63,561 bases of DNA, filler included, from Basidiobolus ranarum (GCA_040143965.1; 40 parts of 40 records of this genome joined end to end with filler, not necessarily neighbours in it); one strand, 5' to 3'; shown: positions 37,620 to 49,930, counted from the first letter of the whole stretch. Made by a program: numbers and translations. The notes: generated from the sequence alone by a model not told the origin.

Positions 37620-38174
37620 TGATAATGGAAACTCTTAGATAAATAACTCACACATGCCAGATTGATCAGTATCATGCCAGCTCAATACAAGATTCATATC
37701 ATGCTCTCCATCTACCCTAAATGGTCATTCCTCATTAATCCAAAAGCAACTACTGGCTTTCCTATCACTACCCTAGAAGCTATATTTGAGAAATACTGTA
37801 CCTCATATACTTCAATACCTACCAGAAAGCAGCTGGTCAATTTGTTTTGTTACTACAACAACTATTGTCCAATCAGATTTCAGTGCACTATTGATGGCAG
37901 CAAAAGTGGGAGAAAATTCCATAACAGGCTTCAAGTAAGTGAGAATTTTCTAGCTTTGGTGATCAATGATGTTAAAGGTGCCTGGGACAAAAGATTTAGA
38001 AACTCTATTTTCATTCCTTTTTCTTGAGTATTTGCCAACAGAATTTATATTGGAAGTATTCTTGACACATTTCTGGTTGGAATTAACAGGCCCAAAAGCA
38101 ACCAAAAGCCATTCTATTCTGCTAAGTACAAAGCCAACTGTGTAAAGTTCCAGGCTTTGACAGATTTGGAAGGA
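37620..38174 (+). mobile_element. ISL2EU/PIF-Harbinger-like (DDE_Tnp_4) transposase, N-terminal half, with stops
   Basis: ATTGF helix region, then ILDTFLVGINRPKSNQKPFYSAKYKANCVKFQALTDLEG, which fits the D..RP..Q..YSGK..K.Q...DG pattern. Confidence 0.65.
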
Positions 38175-38274
38175 NNNNNNNNNNNNNNNNNNNNNNNNNN
38201 NNNNNNNNNNNNNNNNNNTTAATTAATTAANNNNNNNNNNNNNNNNNNNNNNNNNNNNNNNNNNNNNNNNNNNN

Positions 38275-39764
38275 CCATTGCATTACATCCATCACTAATT
38301 TTGCTGATACATTGTTAATCAGATCAGCATATGGTAACACTGACAATTTCACACAGAGCATCATTTCATGGCAGGTGCACTCCATTGGGAACCCCCAGAA
38401 TGTATAGCAAGGGTCTATAATCTCCAAACATTGTGAACAATGCAGCAGGGAATGTATTGAATACTAGTATGGATTCAGTCTATCTTCTTTGAACCTGTAA
38501 TAAAGTTTTTCATATCTAATTACAAAACTCTGCACAATCACTGTATCTGCCATAAGAATATATTAAAAATATCAACAAACAACCCCTGATGTTGCCTATA
38601 CTTATCAGGCAGAAATCATTTCAAGATTCCACTTGAATATATACAAATCCAATTTCTACCAGTCTTTGCAATTGATTAAACACCTAGATGATTGGCTATT
38701 GATGGGAGTCTTGGTAGAATATGATGGTATGTTGACATTTTCAAACATTTTCTCAATCAATTCAAGCTTTGATTCTATCCCAAATGGCTCATTAATTATG
38801 AATTTTCCAGTATATAGCTGAGTAAGTAGTATTGGAATGCTGTTGAATAGTGAGTGAATGGTGCATAATGGGAAGCTCTGATTCCAGCTGATCTCCTTCA
38901 GCTATATAATATTAGGCTTATGGCTAATACAAAGTTGATGTTAGGCTGACTAATTGGTGAATTGATATCAGTGCTCATGTTGAAATCTGACTAGGCTCTT
39001 GATGGTAAAATTATGGAGGTTAGTGTTGTATTTGGATAGTAGTAATGCATATGCCTTTTAGAGTAAACTCCATTGGTTTGACAAAATCTACTTAGGCAAT
39101 ATTGTGCCAATGAAAACCTCCAAGCTCACTGATGGCAGGAGTGTCCCCAATACATCTAATGTTATTAGCTTTAATAAAATATTCACCCATCTAAACCCCA
39201 TTAGAAAACCATTCAAATTCTGCAATCAAAGGCTCCAAGAAGCTATCTATAAGCACTGATGATTTAGGTCCAGATATGAAGGATAGTATCAAAATATTAT
39301 GATGCTTATGCCGCTCAGAAGGAGGATGATTTAAGTTGATAAAATTATTGGCCAGCAAACCTTTCCAATGGCATATTTGTCTTGTGAGAAAGCATCCAGA
39401 GCCAAAGCAAATGCATGATCATATGTGTTCTCATATAAACCTTTACTTTTCGGATTCTGGTAGTGATATCCATCAAGTACATTGGTAATACCATCAGCTT
39501 TACAGTGAGTACTTTGGTATTGGATTAATAATCTATATTTGGGTAACTTCATCAAAACTTTAAGATGCAGAATCAATGGAACACAAGCTAAATATCAACA
39601 ATATTTCCCTGATACAGTGATTTCTGTGTGCAAACAGTACAGGACTTCAGGTTTTTCTAATCACTGGTGAAAGCCAAACAACCATTTGGACATGAAGGTA
39701 GTTTAATTACTGAAGGATTTTAAGTCATACAATTGACAAGTGTTTAGCACTTGTACCAGGTCTG
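38275..39764 (-). mobile_element. CACTA/EnSpm Tnp2 transposase core, decayed
   Basis: CPNGCLAF..CTVC; DGYHYQ; LALDAF; CWPIIL; SGPK..IDSFLEPLIAE; GDTPA; FPLCTIH; HSLLH..CYTFWGFPME, all in the expected order. Confidence 0.85.
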
Positions 39765-39864
39765 NNNNNNNNNNNNNNNNNNNNNNNNNNNNNNNNNNNN
39801 NNNNNNNNTTAATTAATTAANNNNNNNNNNNNNNNNNNNNNNNNNNNNNNNNNNNNNNNNNNNN

Positions 39865-41353
39865 TTTGGCAAGAATCTTTATTGATAACTGGCATTGATC
39901 AGACCTCAGTCTGATCAAGGAATACATGGGGCTTATATAGATATTACTGGGTGAAACATAATATACTGAATAGGGAATATACTGTGGCAAGTTCAAATGT
40001 TGGGATGTTGGGGACTACAATGACCAATATAAAGAGGGATGATATAATGATGATCAGGTGACCTTCCATGAAAGGTCTTGGTGAAAATACACTATGTGTG
40101 GGATGACATGATTGGTTAGGTTTCACGGAATGTTCCAAAGAATATGAGTTCTGTATAAGGTAACCTGGATGAACTAACACAACATTGCCAAGAAGGCATG
40201 GCACAGCAGGTATGATGTCATAATCTAATAATAGAATAGTTCTATTTGCAATGGATGAGTATGCCAAGATCAGAATTATGATAGCTATAAATGACTATGT
40301 AGGTGCTTAGGCAATGCTAATTTCAACACCCTTACCCTCACAAGTGTTGAAGTATTTGGGAGCCTGTTGGAAGTGGTTTGGACAATTAGAGGAATTGGTG
40401 GTTTTCACTTATTGATTTATTGAGTAGAAAGTTGACATTTATAGTTTTGTCAAGATGTAGGCAAACTAACATGTAGAATGTGTTAAGGAAGGTCCCAGGA
40501 ACTTGTATGCAAAGTTTGGGGTTTCTAGCACATTTTTGAAAAATCTATATGTCTGAGAACTTCTAAGTTGGTAAAAATATTCTAAGTAAATTCCAGTTAA
40601 GAATAATTGATAATATCTTGGTGAATTATAAGATAACTAAGTACTAATCTATGTATGACTAAATTGGTGTTTAGGCATTGCTAATTTCAACCCTCTCTCT
40701 CAACTAAATAGTCATAGAAACTAATCCTAATAAAGGTCTAAATTTCTCAAATTTCTGTCTAGCTAATGGCTTGGTTAATATATCAGCAATCATATCTTCT
40801 GTAGAACAATAAGTTGAGTCAATAAACTTACTCTCTATAGTCTCTCTAATGAAGTGATGCTTAATGTCTATATGTTTGCCTCTATTATGAAACATTAGAT
40901 TTTTAGCTAATTTGATACAACTTTGATTATTGTGAAATATTGTAGTTGGTGAATTTTTATAATAACTCAAATCTTTTAAGCATTTTCTTAACCATATTGC
41001 TTCTTTTGTTGCTTCACAGGCATCCATGTATTCAGCTTCTGTTGTTGAAAGTGCTATGGTAGGTAGTTTCTTTGAATTCCAAGAAATAGCTCCATTAGAG
41101 CAAAGAAACAAGTATACTATTGTAGATCTCCTGTCTTAAATATCTCTTCCCCAGTTTGCATCTGAATATCCCATCAGATCAAAATTTGATCCAGAATATG
41201 TGTATTTTAAGCATATAATTCACAGTACCTTTCAAATATCTGAAAATCTGCTTAACTGCTATGATTTGATCAGATCCATAGTTTTGAGGATATTGGCACA
41301 TAACTCCCATGAAATATGCAATATATGGCCATGTTTCAGCCATAATATATGTC
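39865..41353 (-). mobile_element. LTR-C fragment (39865-40285), 3' LTR-B (40345-40692) with PPT, and copia RNase H (40704-41353)
   Basis: AISWNSKK..IALSTTEAEY; KHIDIKHHFIRE; MIADILTKPL; purine tract before the LTR. Confidence 0.92.
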
Positions 41354-41453
41354 NNNNNNNNNNNNNNNNNNNNNNNNNNNNNNNNNNNNNNNNNNNNTTA
41401 ATTAATTAANNNNNNNNNNNNNNNNNNNNNNNNNNNNNNNNNNNNNNNNNNNN

Positions 41454-41571
41454 ATGTCTTGGTGGACCTTACTTCCAAATTTGTGGTAACGGAGGTGCTA
41501 CTCCATTCCGTATGAGATGCGCTCCTGGTACTACCTGCCATATTGTCTCTGGCCAAGCTGCTTGCTTCTAA
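41454..41571 (+). CDS. C-terminal Cys-rich chitin-binding-like (CBM19-like) domain of a host gene, not in the ORF track
   Basis: CLGGPYFQICGNGGATPFRMRCAPGTTCHIVSGQAACF*. Confidence 0.7.
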
Positions 41572-42538
41572 ATAGACGAGAGTTTTGGATGACAAGCTCA
41601 TCATAACTTTCAGATTTTTGGTAAATACCCTTTGGTTTTTTTTCTATAGATCCGATACTGTATAGATTTTAGGCTTTATAGTTTTTCATTTGTTCATTTT
41701 GTTTAATAAATGATATCATTTTCATATCCACATGCATCGTTTTGTTGTTCGAAATAAGTTATTCCTTATGATAGTTACATTCATTCATTATTAACATCTT
41801 GATAAATATTCAGGAGTACTCTTATCGCGATGAATACTCGTCTGTTCACCGAGGTACTACTTATATGTGTGTGGGAATCGGTATCCAAGTGGATGAAGTG
41901 GAAATTGAACATTAAATTAGTGTAAGAATTTATGAATGGGAAAGTGGATGAAAAACGCATACCGTTGAATATTCTCCATTATAATCGAATTTCATTGGTG
42001 GGAAGCATCCATTAAGTTGGAATTATGATGCGTCGCCAATTTGTCACCTCAATAATTGTTAAGCTTATTTCAACCCAATCGAATGTCAATTACCAACAGT
42101 GAAATTTCGGAGAAAAGTGAATTACTTTACACGTTTAATGATTTTAATCATTAATGGTTACTCCCGATTAGATAGTGGGAATATTCTATGATTCAAATTA
42201 ATTATTTCAACTACTCATATATGGTATCAATGCATAAGCTTTATATATTTTGAAATAAATCAAATTATATCCTTCCAAATCCAAATTATCTGACTAAGAG
42301 AAACGAATGCAAATGGATGAGGGAAAAGGAGAGGAAAGAAACTCTGTAAGAGTAAAGCATATACATTTTTCACTGAATTTTGATTCAGCATTGGCGTCAT
42401 CATATTGATAAGCTAATGCTTCGAAAGATACCGTAAGAGAGTAAAGTGGAAATTTTGAAACAAAGGAACCGTTGGAAGAAACACCTATACACATATATAT
42501 GGTCTATTTACCCATTTGATACAGTATTTTTGGCATTC

Positions 42539-42941
42539 TTAGAAACAGCCGGCTTGTCCTTCCACCATATGACAGGTGGTGCCTGGGGCACACTTCATAC
42601 GGAATGGAGTGGCACCGCCGTTACCACAAATTTGGAAGTCAGCTCCACCAAGACACTTGATCTCGCACTTTCCAGATGGTTGCGCGGGTTCAGGTTGGGG
42701 CTCTGGAGTAGGCTGAGGCTTCTTGTAGGGAGTGTCGGGTTGGGGCTCAGGTTTGGGATCCTCAGAGGGCTGAGGCTTCTTTGAAGGTTCTTTGGTAGGC
42801 TCTGGTTGAGGCTCAGGCTTAGGTTCTTCACCACCGGAGGTGTTGCCATTGGAGCAAGATGTGATGAATGGTCTTTTGTTGAAGAGATCAGTACCATCAT
42901 ATCCACCAGCAGTGAACTCGGGAATAGTAGGGTATCCAGCA
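42539..42941 (-). CDS. 3' part of a paralog: probable LPMO-like (AA11-like) domain end, P/E/K linker and CBM19-like domain, not in the ORF track
   Basis: GYPTIPEFTAGGYDGTDLFNKR...EPKPEPQPEP...CEIKCLGGADFQICGNGGATPFRMKCAPGTTCHMVEGQAGCF*. The LPMO assignment rests on one remembered motif. Confidence 0.7.
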
Positions 42942-43041
42942 NNNNNNNNNNNNNNNNNNNNNNNNNNNNNNNNNNNNNNNNNNNNTTAATTAATTAANNN
43001 NNNNNNNNNNNNNNNNNNNNNNNNNNNNNNNNNNNNNNNNN

Positions 43042-44529
43042 TAGCACTTTGTAGACTCTCCTTTGTGTCTTTTACATACCCGTCGTTTGTTATTACTGTA
43101 CCATTCTTCATTGGTCGTTAAACTTTATTACTGCGTGGAATTTGCTTTAAACATTTCTCATACCGTTCTTTCCCTGGCACCATACCATTTGTTGTTTGTC
43201 AGCAGTTTTTAATACTGCGTAGACTCTGCTTCAAGTGCTTCCATGCCCTTCGTTTTTTGGCAATTGGGAGATATCGCATTAGATTGAAATTGAAGTTTGT
43301 TTTACTCTTTCTTTGTTTGGATGAGATATTCATGAAGAGTTCAACTGTTGATTTGAATAAAAGTTAAAATAGCTATGATAATCAATTAAGATGAAGTGCC
43401 AATAACTTTGTTTCGAACAAAGTTAAACCAGAACCAATAGGGCGAAAGAGGAATCGTTAAGTCTTTGGCACTTTGTAGTCTTTTTTTTTATGTTTCCCAT
43501 ACCCGTCGTTTCATGGCACCATACCATTTGTCATTTTTCAGTAGTCTTTAGCACTTCGTAAACTCAACCTTAAACATTTTCCTTACCCATCGTTTACTGC
43601 TTGAAGTATTTCCCATACTCATTGTTTCTAATGTTTCCCATGCCCATTGTTTCTAATGTTTCTCATACCGCTTGTTTGTTATGACCATACCTTCCGTCAT
43701 GTCTCAGCAGTCTTTCGCACTTCGCAAACTCTCTTGTAAGTGTTTCCGATACTGCTCGTTATGTTTTCCAGTAGACTCTCCTTTAAGTGTTCCCATACCC
43801 GTTATTCCTGGCTCCATGCTCATTATCACTTGTCAGTAGTCTTTAGCACTTTGTTCATTCTCCTTTAAGTTTTTCCCACATCCGTCGTTGGTCATCACCG
43901 TACCATTTGTCACTTGTCAGTAGTCTTTAGCAATTCTTTATCACTTCGTAGACTCATTCTCCTTTTAGTGCCCTCCCAAACCCCACGTTTTGTATGACCA
44001 TACAGTTTGTCACATATCAGCTGTGTATACCTTTTCGTAGACTTTGCTATCAGTGTTTCCCATCGTCTCTAGCACTTTATAAACTCTTCTTTAAGCCTTT
44101 CCCATACCGGGCGTTTGTTATCACCATACCCTTTGTCTTTTGTCAGCAGGCTTTAGCTCTTAGTAGACTTCGCTATTAGTGTCTCCCGTACCCGACATTT
44201 GCTTGTCAGCAGTCTTTACGCTTCGTAGACTCTTCTTTAGGTAGTTCCCACGCCCAAAGTTTGTTATCATCATACCCTTCATCATTTGCCAGTTATCTTT
44301 AGCACTTTGTAGACTATCCAGTAAGTGTTTCCCCTACCCGTCGTTTGTTGCGGCACCCTACCATTTGTCGTTTGTCAGTAGTCTTTAGCACTGCGTAAAC
44401 TCTGCATTAAGTGTTTCCCTCACCGCTTGTTTCTTGGTTCATACCCTTTGTCATTTGTCAGTAATTTCTAGCCCTTCTTAGACTCTCCTTGAAGTTTTCC
44501 ACGCTCATTGTTTCTTGGTACCATACCCT
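43042..44529 (-). repeat. Same 84-bp satellite in the opposite orientation, with an unrelated insert at about 43262-43458
   Basis: Repeated TTTGTCAGTAGTCTTTAGCACTT...TTTCCCATACCCG, the reverse complement of the 2140-3099 unit. Confidence 0.9.
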
Positions 44530-44629
44530 NNNNNNNNNNNNNNNNNNNNNNNNNNNNNNNNNNNNNNNNNNNNTTAATTAATTAANNNNNNNNNNNNNNN
44601 NNNNNNNNNNNNNNNNNNNNNNNNNNNNN

Positions 44630-44827
44630 TCAATTGTTTGAGATATTCAGGAGTTTGTGTAATAAGATATAATAGATAAGTGGGGGTAATAAGACATACT
44701 TGTTATATAGATATAGTGATATTCCTATTTAGAATATAGGGGCTATAGATACGTTGCTTTCTGTTTCTGATATATGTATCATAACTAAAGTGAACTACAA
44801 TGTTGAATAAAGATTAATTATCCAACA
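44630..44827 (-). mobile_element. LTR family F inserted into a Ty3 gag
   Basis: Ends GATTAATTATCCAACA and matches 56680-56870. Confidence 0.8.
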
Positions 44828-45797
44828 GTTTTCTAACTGTGTTCTGAGGATGAGCTGGAAGTTGGGTGGTAAGAAGAAGGCTTTGATGTTGGTTTTGAAT
44901 GCACTCCAGCTAGGGAAAGCAGTAGTATTCTGAGCTTCTGCTTGGAGAAGTCTTCCGTGATACCAAGACAATGCTAGATCTTGGAGATAGCTACCTATTG
45001 CTGCCACCTTCTTGTCTTCACTGATTGATTTTGTATTAAAGGCCTGTTCTGTCTGTATTAACCATGCTACTACATTCTCACTTGGTGTGCCATGATATGT
45101 GGCTATCTTCACTGGAATCCTGGCCCCTTGTCCTGCTGCTTGTTCCTTTAGTTCCACAAGTATATCTGTTACTGTAGTCATCCATGCATCTGGCATTTCT
45201 GTGTTTCCTTGATTGCCTGACATTTTTTCTTGTCTTTTGCTTGTACTACTTTATATTCATTGTGCTTTCTTTGGTGGAGGATCTTTCTTAGTAAATCACT
45301 GCTACCATATATTGAGGCTGGTTCCTGAGGTGAGTGCAATTTTGGGACTTGATTCACTGATAAATTGACCAATTAATTCTATTTTGATGGTGCTATTTTT
45401 ATAGGGTTGATCAGGGAAAAATCAAGTGGCATTCCTGCTGGATTTGGGAGTGTGCTAATTTCAAAACATGTATATAATACTGACAGCCCATTTCCAATGT
45501 CTTGTAACTTTTGTCTCCATGGTTGGTTTGTTTTAAAATTTTTACCTGAAGTAGAATAATAACAGGGAATGATCTCCCTAAAGTGTAGTAATGATACGTC
45601 CAGTAGTTCTGGAGATATTTGCATTTCTTTGCTTGTTTTGGTGATTGCAAGACATGTACAAAATGCATAGATATGAAACTGGGTGACGGTCAAGGTTTGC
45701 TTATATGCTTTATGTGTATGAAATATTGTGTTAATTGAGACATTATGTTGTCTCCAAAATTGCCATCACTTTTGTCTGATAATCCAATTTCATAACA
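44828..45797 (-). mobile_element. Ty3/gypsy 5' end: LTR family H (45313-45797), PBS TGGTAGCAG (from 45307 downward), gag capsid (45223-44828)
   Basis: TG...CA termini, tRNA-3'-end-type PBS, and capsid-like YHGTPSENVVAWL...YLQDLALSWY...WSAFKTNIKAFF. Confidence 0.85.
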
Positions 45798-45808
45798 ATA
45801 GCATACAA

Positions 45809-45881
45809 GGATTGGTAGCTCAGTGGTTAAAGCACCTTGCTAGAGTGAAGAAGGTCCCAGGTTCAAATCCTGGTCAGACTA
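45809..45881 (+). tRNA. Degenerate tRNA gene/pseudogene; isotype uncertain (nominal anticodon AGA, Pro-like 3' half)
   Basis: A box TAGCTCAGTGG, B box GGTTCAAATCC, perfect T-stem CCAGG/CCTGG, tRNA-length spacing. Acceptor and anticodon stems are imperfect. Confidence 0.7.
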
Positions 45882-45906
45882 ATACTTCTCCCTAAATAAT
45901 TTCAAC

Positions 45907-46117
45907 AAAAGACTTTTTGTTCTTTTTTAACCTGAAGTAAAACTTTGGTTTCAGATAGTTTTGCATTGTTTTCTTCTCTTACTAACAGTGTCACAAAGTC
46001 CTTTTCCTTGCAGCAGCATTTTCATTTTAATTTTCCAAACTTGATAATTGGTTCCATCCAATTTTTCAGAAGAAGGAAAAGTTCCATGAATTTGAGAAGT
46101 AGACATTACAGAGAGTG
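45907..46117 (-). mobile_element. Copia gag start remnant
   Basis: Matches 54870-55062; LDGTNYQVWKIKMKMLL. Confidence 0.8.
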
Positions 46118-46217
46118 NNNNNNNNNNNNNNNNNNNNNNNNNNNNNNNNNNNNNNNNNNNNTTAATTAATTAANNNNNNNNNNNNNNNNNNNNNNNNNNN
46201 NNNNNNNNNNNNNNNNN

Positions 46218-47704
46218 TATATAGTCTCTCAAGTGTTTTCCAAACATTTTGGTTGTTATTGGCTGAGTTTATGTAGTGCAATTGAGAGTCTCCAAGATCA
46301 AGACTAAGTATGGAGAGTGCTTTTCTTAACTTCTTGCCAAAGGCAGGGATAGCTTCTGGTGGTCCCATGGGCTCTTTTTCTTTTCCTGTAACAAATCCCA
46401 AATGGTCTTTGTCTTCTAGCATCATGTGCAGCTTGAACTTCCAAAGGTCATATCCTCACCAACAAGCTTCTTTGTTGATGCAAAAACTTTAGGAAGAGTA
46501 TTGGTGGACATTCCTATAATAGCCAGCTTGGGGCTCCTATCCTGATATAAGTGCTCAAGGGAATTGGAAGTGTTTAGACAAGATTTTGATTTGTGAATTA
46601 GACACTTAAGATTTAATGAAAGGAATATGTTCCATTTATAACTTGCTACAAAATAGGTTTGCCAAAAAATTTATGATCAAAACAATCATACCCATAATGC
46701 CTATATGAAAAAAAGGGGTCTTGATAAATTTTGAGAAAATAGTGAGAAATTGACAAAGCAATCTATTTGATATGTTTACCAATTTGAGCAATAAACACAT
46801 TTTTGAGTGTCTGAGTTCAGTGGCAAATAGTCAGAGCATGAATCAACTAACTACTAAAAGATGAGTTGCTATTTACCTGATTTCATCAACCTGATGCTAG
46901 GTAAACTATGTAAGATTTCTATGAGCTTTAGAAGCTCAAAAACCACAAGTGACCTGTTATAAATAAGTAACGACAGTATTTCTTCACTGTGATTAGAAAC
47001 AAGAGATTGAAGTTCTCTTATATCTTGGATATGAGAAGCAGTCAAAATCAATTTGCCATTTTGAAAGAAATTGCTATATTGATTGAAGCCAGTATAAAGC
47101 AGCTGTAATGTGATGATTTACTCATTGGTTGTTAGAGAGAATTCCTTATGTAGTACAAACAGCCCACTGTAGCTTTGGCGTTGAAATTACGTAAGTAGCA
47201 ACTCATTATTTAGTAGTTAGATAACTCATATTCTGATTAATTAGCACTCCATTCCAAAAGTTGTGTATTTATTGCTCTAATCAATAGGAATAGCAATAAG
47301 ATCACTTTTACCAATTTTCACTATTTGCTCACAACTTCTCTAAATCACCTCAAATTTTCACCCATGCTTAACAGGCATATTTGTTATAGTCTAAGCACAC
47401 CTAATAGTTCTAATTTATAGTAAACTATAAATGGAAGATATTCAATTGAATAAAACTTAAGTGTCTAATTCACAAATCCAAATCTTGTTCAAAACACTTC
47501 CAATTCCCCTAAACACTTTTATCAGGTTACAAGCCACAAGCTGGCTGTTAAAGGAATGTCTACCAGTACTATTACCAATGTTTTTGCATCCACAGAGAAG
47601 TTTGATGATGAAGACTTTCACCTTTGGAAGTTCAAGATACAAATGGTGCTAGAATCCAAGGACCTTTGGGGATTTGTTACTGGAGAAGAAATAGAGCCAA
47701 AGGG
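46218..47704. mobile_element. Two back-to-back copia family D 5' ends (minus: LTR about 46544-46888; plus: LTR about 47179-47524), each with decayed PBS and gag start
   Basis: Both flanks match 3200-3570; FDDEDFHLWKFK and MMLEDKDHLGFVTG. Confidence 0.85.
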
Positions 47705-47804
47705 NNNNNNNNNNNNNNNNNNNNNNNNNNNNNNNNNNNNNNNNNNNNTTAATTAATTAANNNNNNNNNNNNNNNNNNNNNNNNNNNNNNNNNNNNNNNN
47801 NNNN

Positions 47805-49291
47805 CTATTAGTATTATCCCCTATTACTTCAGATTTATCAGTATTAACCCACATTAGCCCTATTATTTTCTGGAAAATTCTGCAATCTTTCAGCACATTC
47901 CACAAGATTCTTGGAATATTTGATGATTGATTAAGTCTTGACCAATCAAAACTTGATTTTGCCGGAACCATGCACAACTTTCTGGATTATTTTATAATCT
48001 TCCGGAACATTCCATGGATTACTAGTCTTATGATTTATGATGATATTATAACCACAGATCCCCACCAATAAAATTCTCTGGAGCTTTCCAGATATTCTCA
48101 TTAGTAATCATATATACCACCAGAAAAGTATAAATAGGAGCCATATCTTTTCAAATAAAAATCATTTGGGTTTTCAACTAACAATTACTACTTGTGATCA
48201 CCCCTTATTTTTATCACCGCTTATGAGACCTTTGAAGAGTAAGCTCAAGAGAGACTACTAGAGGCAGTTACAGGCTACTGAGTGACTAGAAAGGACTTGA
48301 CTGGCTTGAAGGAAGTACTGACAGGTAGGTGTTATACTTCTGATACTTTATATTTTTTCCCTAGCTTTGTCTGCTTAGGCAAGGAACTTTTCATATCCTT
48401 GGATAAATTACTACTAGCGTCACAATAAGGAACTGGACAAGGACTGGGAACAACAACAACAGGCTAGAAGGCAGGAGAGTACTTGGGTGTAGACCACAAG
48501 ACAAGACAAGACTGGACAAGTAAGATACTTTGGCAATAATCTTTATTGATAACTAGCATTGATCAGACTGAGGTCTGATCACAGAATACATGGAGCTTAT
48601 ATAGATATTGCAAGGTGAAACATAATATACTGAATAGGGAATATAATGTGGCAAGTTCAAGAGTTGGGGTGTTGGGACTACAAGGACCAATACAAAGAGG
48701 GATGATGCAAGGGTGATGTAAGGGCAATGTAAGGATGATCAGGTGACCTTCCATGGAAGATCTTGGTGGAAACACACTATGTGTGGGATGTGGCTTTGTA
48801 TAGTGACCATGCTTGTGTTTATGTTGTCTATGATGCCTCTGGCTTTCATAGCACAAGAATTTGCGGCAATAATAGCATGGCTTCTTTAAACATTTGTGTT
48901 GCAGTGTGAGAAGGATATTGTGGAAAAAAAAACACCTTCTACATAAGGGTGGTATTTTAGGTACAGCCTATCAATATAATCAGCTGATTCTGAGATGGTG
49001 TCACAGATGAGTCATCAGGGCATTTACAAGATATTTCTGGTACTGGATGGCAATTTTAGTTCATTATACGCTGTATCTAAGCAATTTCATTACACCAAGT
49101 TTACCATCTGAAAATGTCAATGCCATTCAAAAAGCATTCAAAATCTGAATCAAAATTGGCTTCCAAGCAAAGCCTGCTGGCAAAATAGGAAAAAAACCAG
49201 CAAAAGCAGAGGACTTGAATGATGAGCAGTCTAGCAATCTGCTATCCACTTTGGAAGGCATCAACATGCTGGAAACTAACTCAAATAATGA
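47805..49291. mobile_element. LTR-like family G (47805-48417), LTR-C (-, 48418-48790) and CACTA divergent-start region (48791-49291)
   Basis: TATAAATAG near 48129; 48378-48417 overlaps the start of the contig at 50979; DNA matches to 29330 and to 27600-28100. Confidence 0.7.
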
Positions 49292-49583
49292 NNNNNNNNN
49301 NNNNNNNNNNNNNNNNNNNNNNNNNNNNNNNNNNNTTAATTAATTAANNNNNNNNNNNNNNNNNNNNNNNNNNNNNNNNNNNNNNNNNNNNGTTTGATGA
49401 TGATCACTTATTGACTAACTGTCTTTGAATATATATTCATAGTACCAGCTAATAGACATTTACATATTCACTCAGAAAGTTTGACATTGTGTGGTAGCAT
49501 ACACTTGCTGATCCCATGTTCTTCACTTGATTTTTTCTCTGATGCAGATGAAAATATGTACACACCTAATTCCATGTAGATAA

Positions 49584-49930
49584 TGTTGAAATTAGCAATG
49601 CCCACATACCTATATAGTCATATATAGCTTGGTACTTTGTTTACTTATATTTAACTGCAAAACTACCAATTATTCTCATAAGGAATTTACTTTGAATATT
49701 CACACCAACTTAGAAGTCATCAGATATATAGATTTTCAAACTTGAGCTAGAAGCCCAAAACTTTGCACACAAGTTTCTGGAATCTTCCTTAACACATTCT
49801 GCATATTGTATTGTTTACATCTTGAAAAAACTATAAATGTCAGCTTTCTACTCAATATACCAATAAGTGAAAATTACCAATTTCCCTGATTCTCCAAACC
49901 TCTTCCAATAGGCTCCCAAATACTCTGACA
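49584..49930 (+). mobile_element. Solo LTR-B with near-perfect 5-bp target-site duplication
   Basis: TGTTG...GACA flanked by GATAA and GATAG. Confidence 0.85.

Noticed and set aside
42446-42997. ORF-track ORFs over the CBM19-like gene
   Set aside because: Off-frame or antisense; the conserved Cys domain is in another minus frame.
45640-45881. tRNA-derived SINE as the explanation for the tRNA-LTR pairing
   Set aside because: The shared repeat lies upstream of and points away from the tRNA, leads to a PBS and gag, and the two tRNAs differ.
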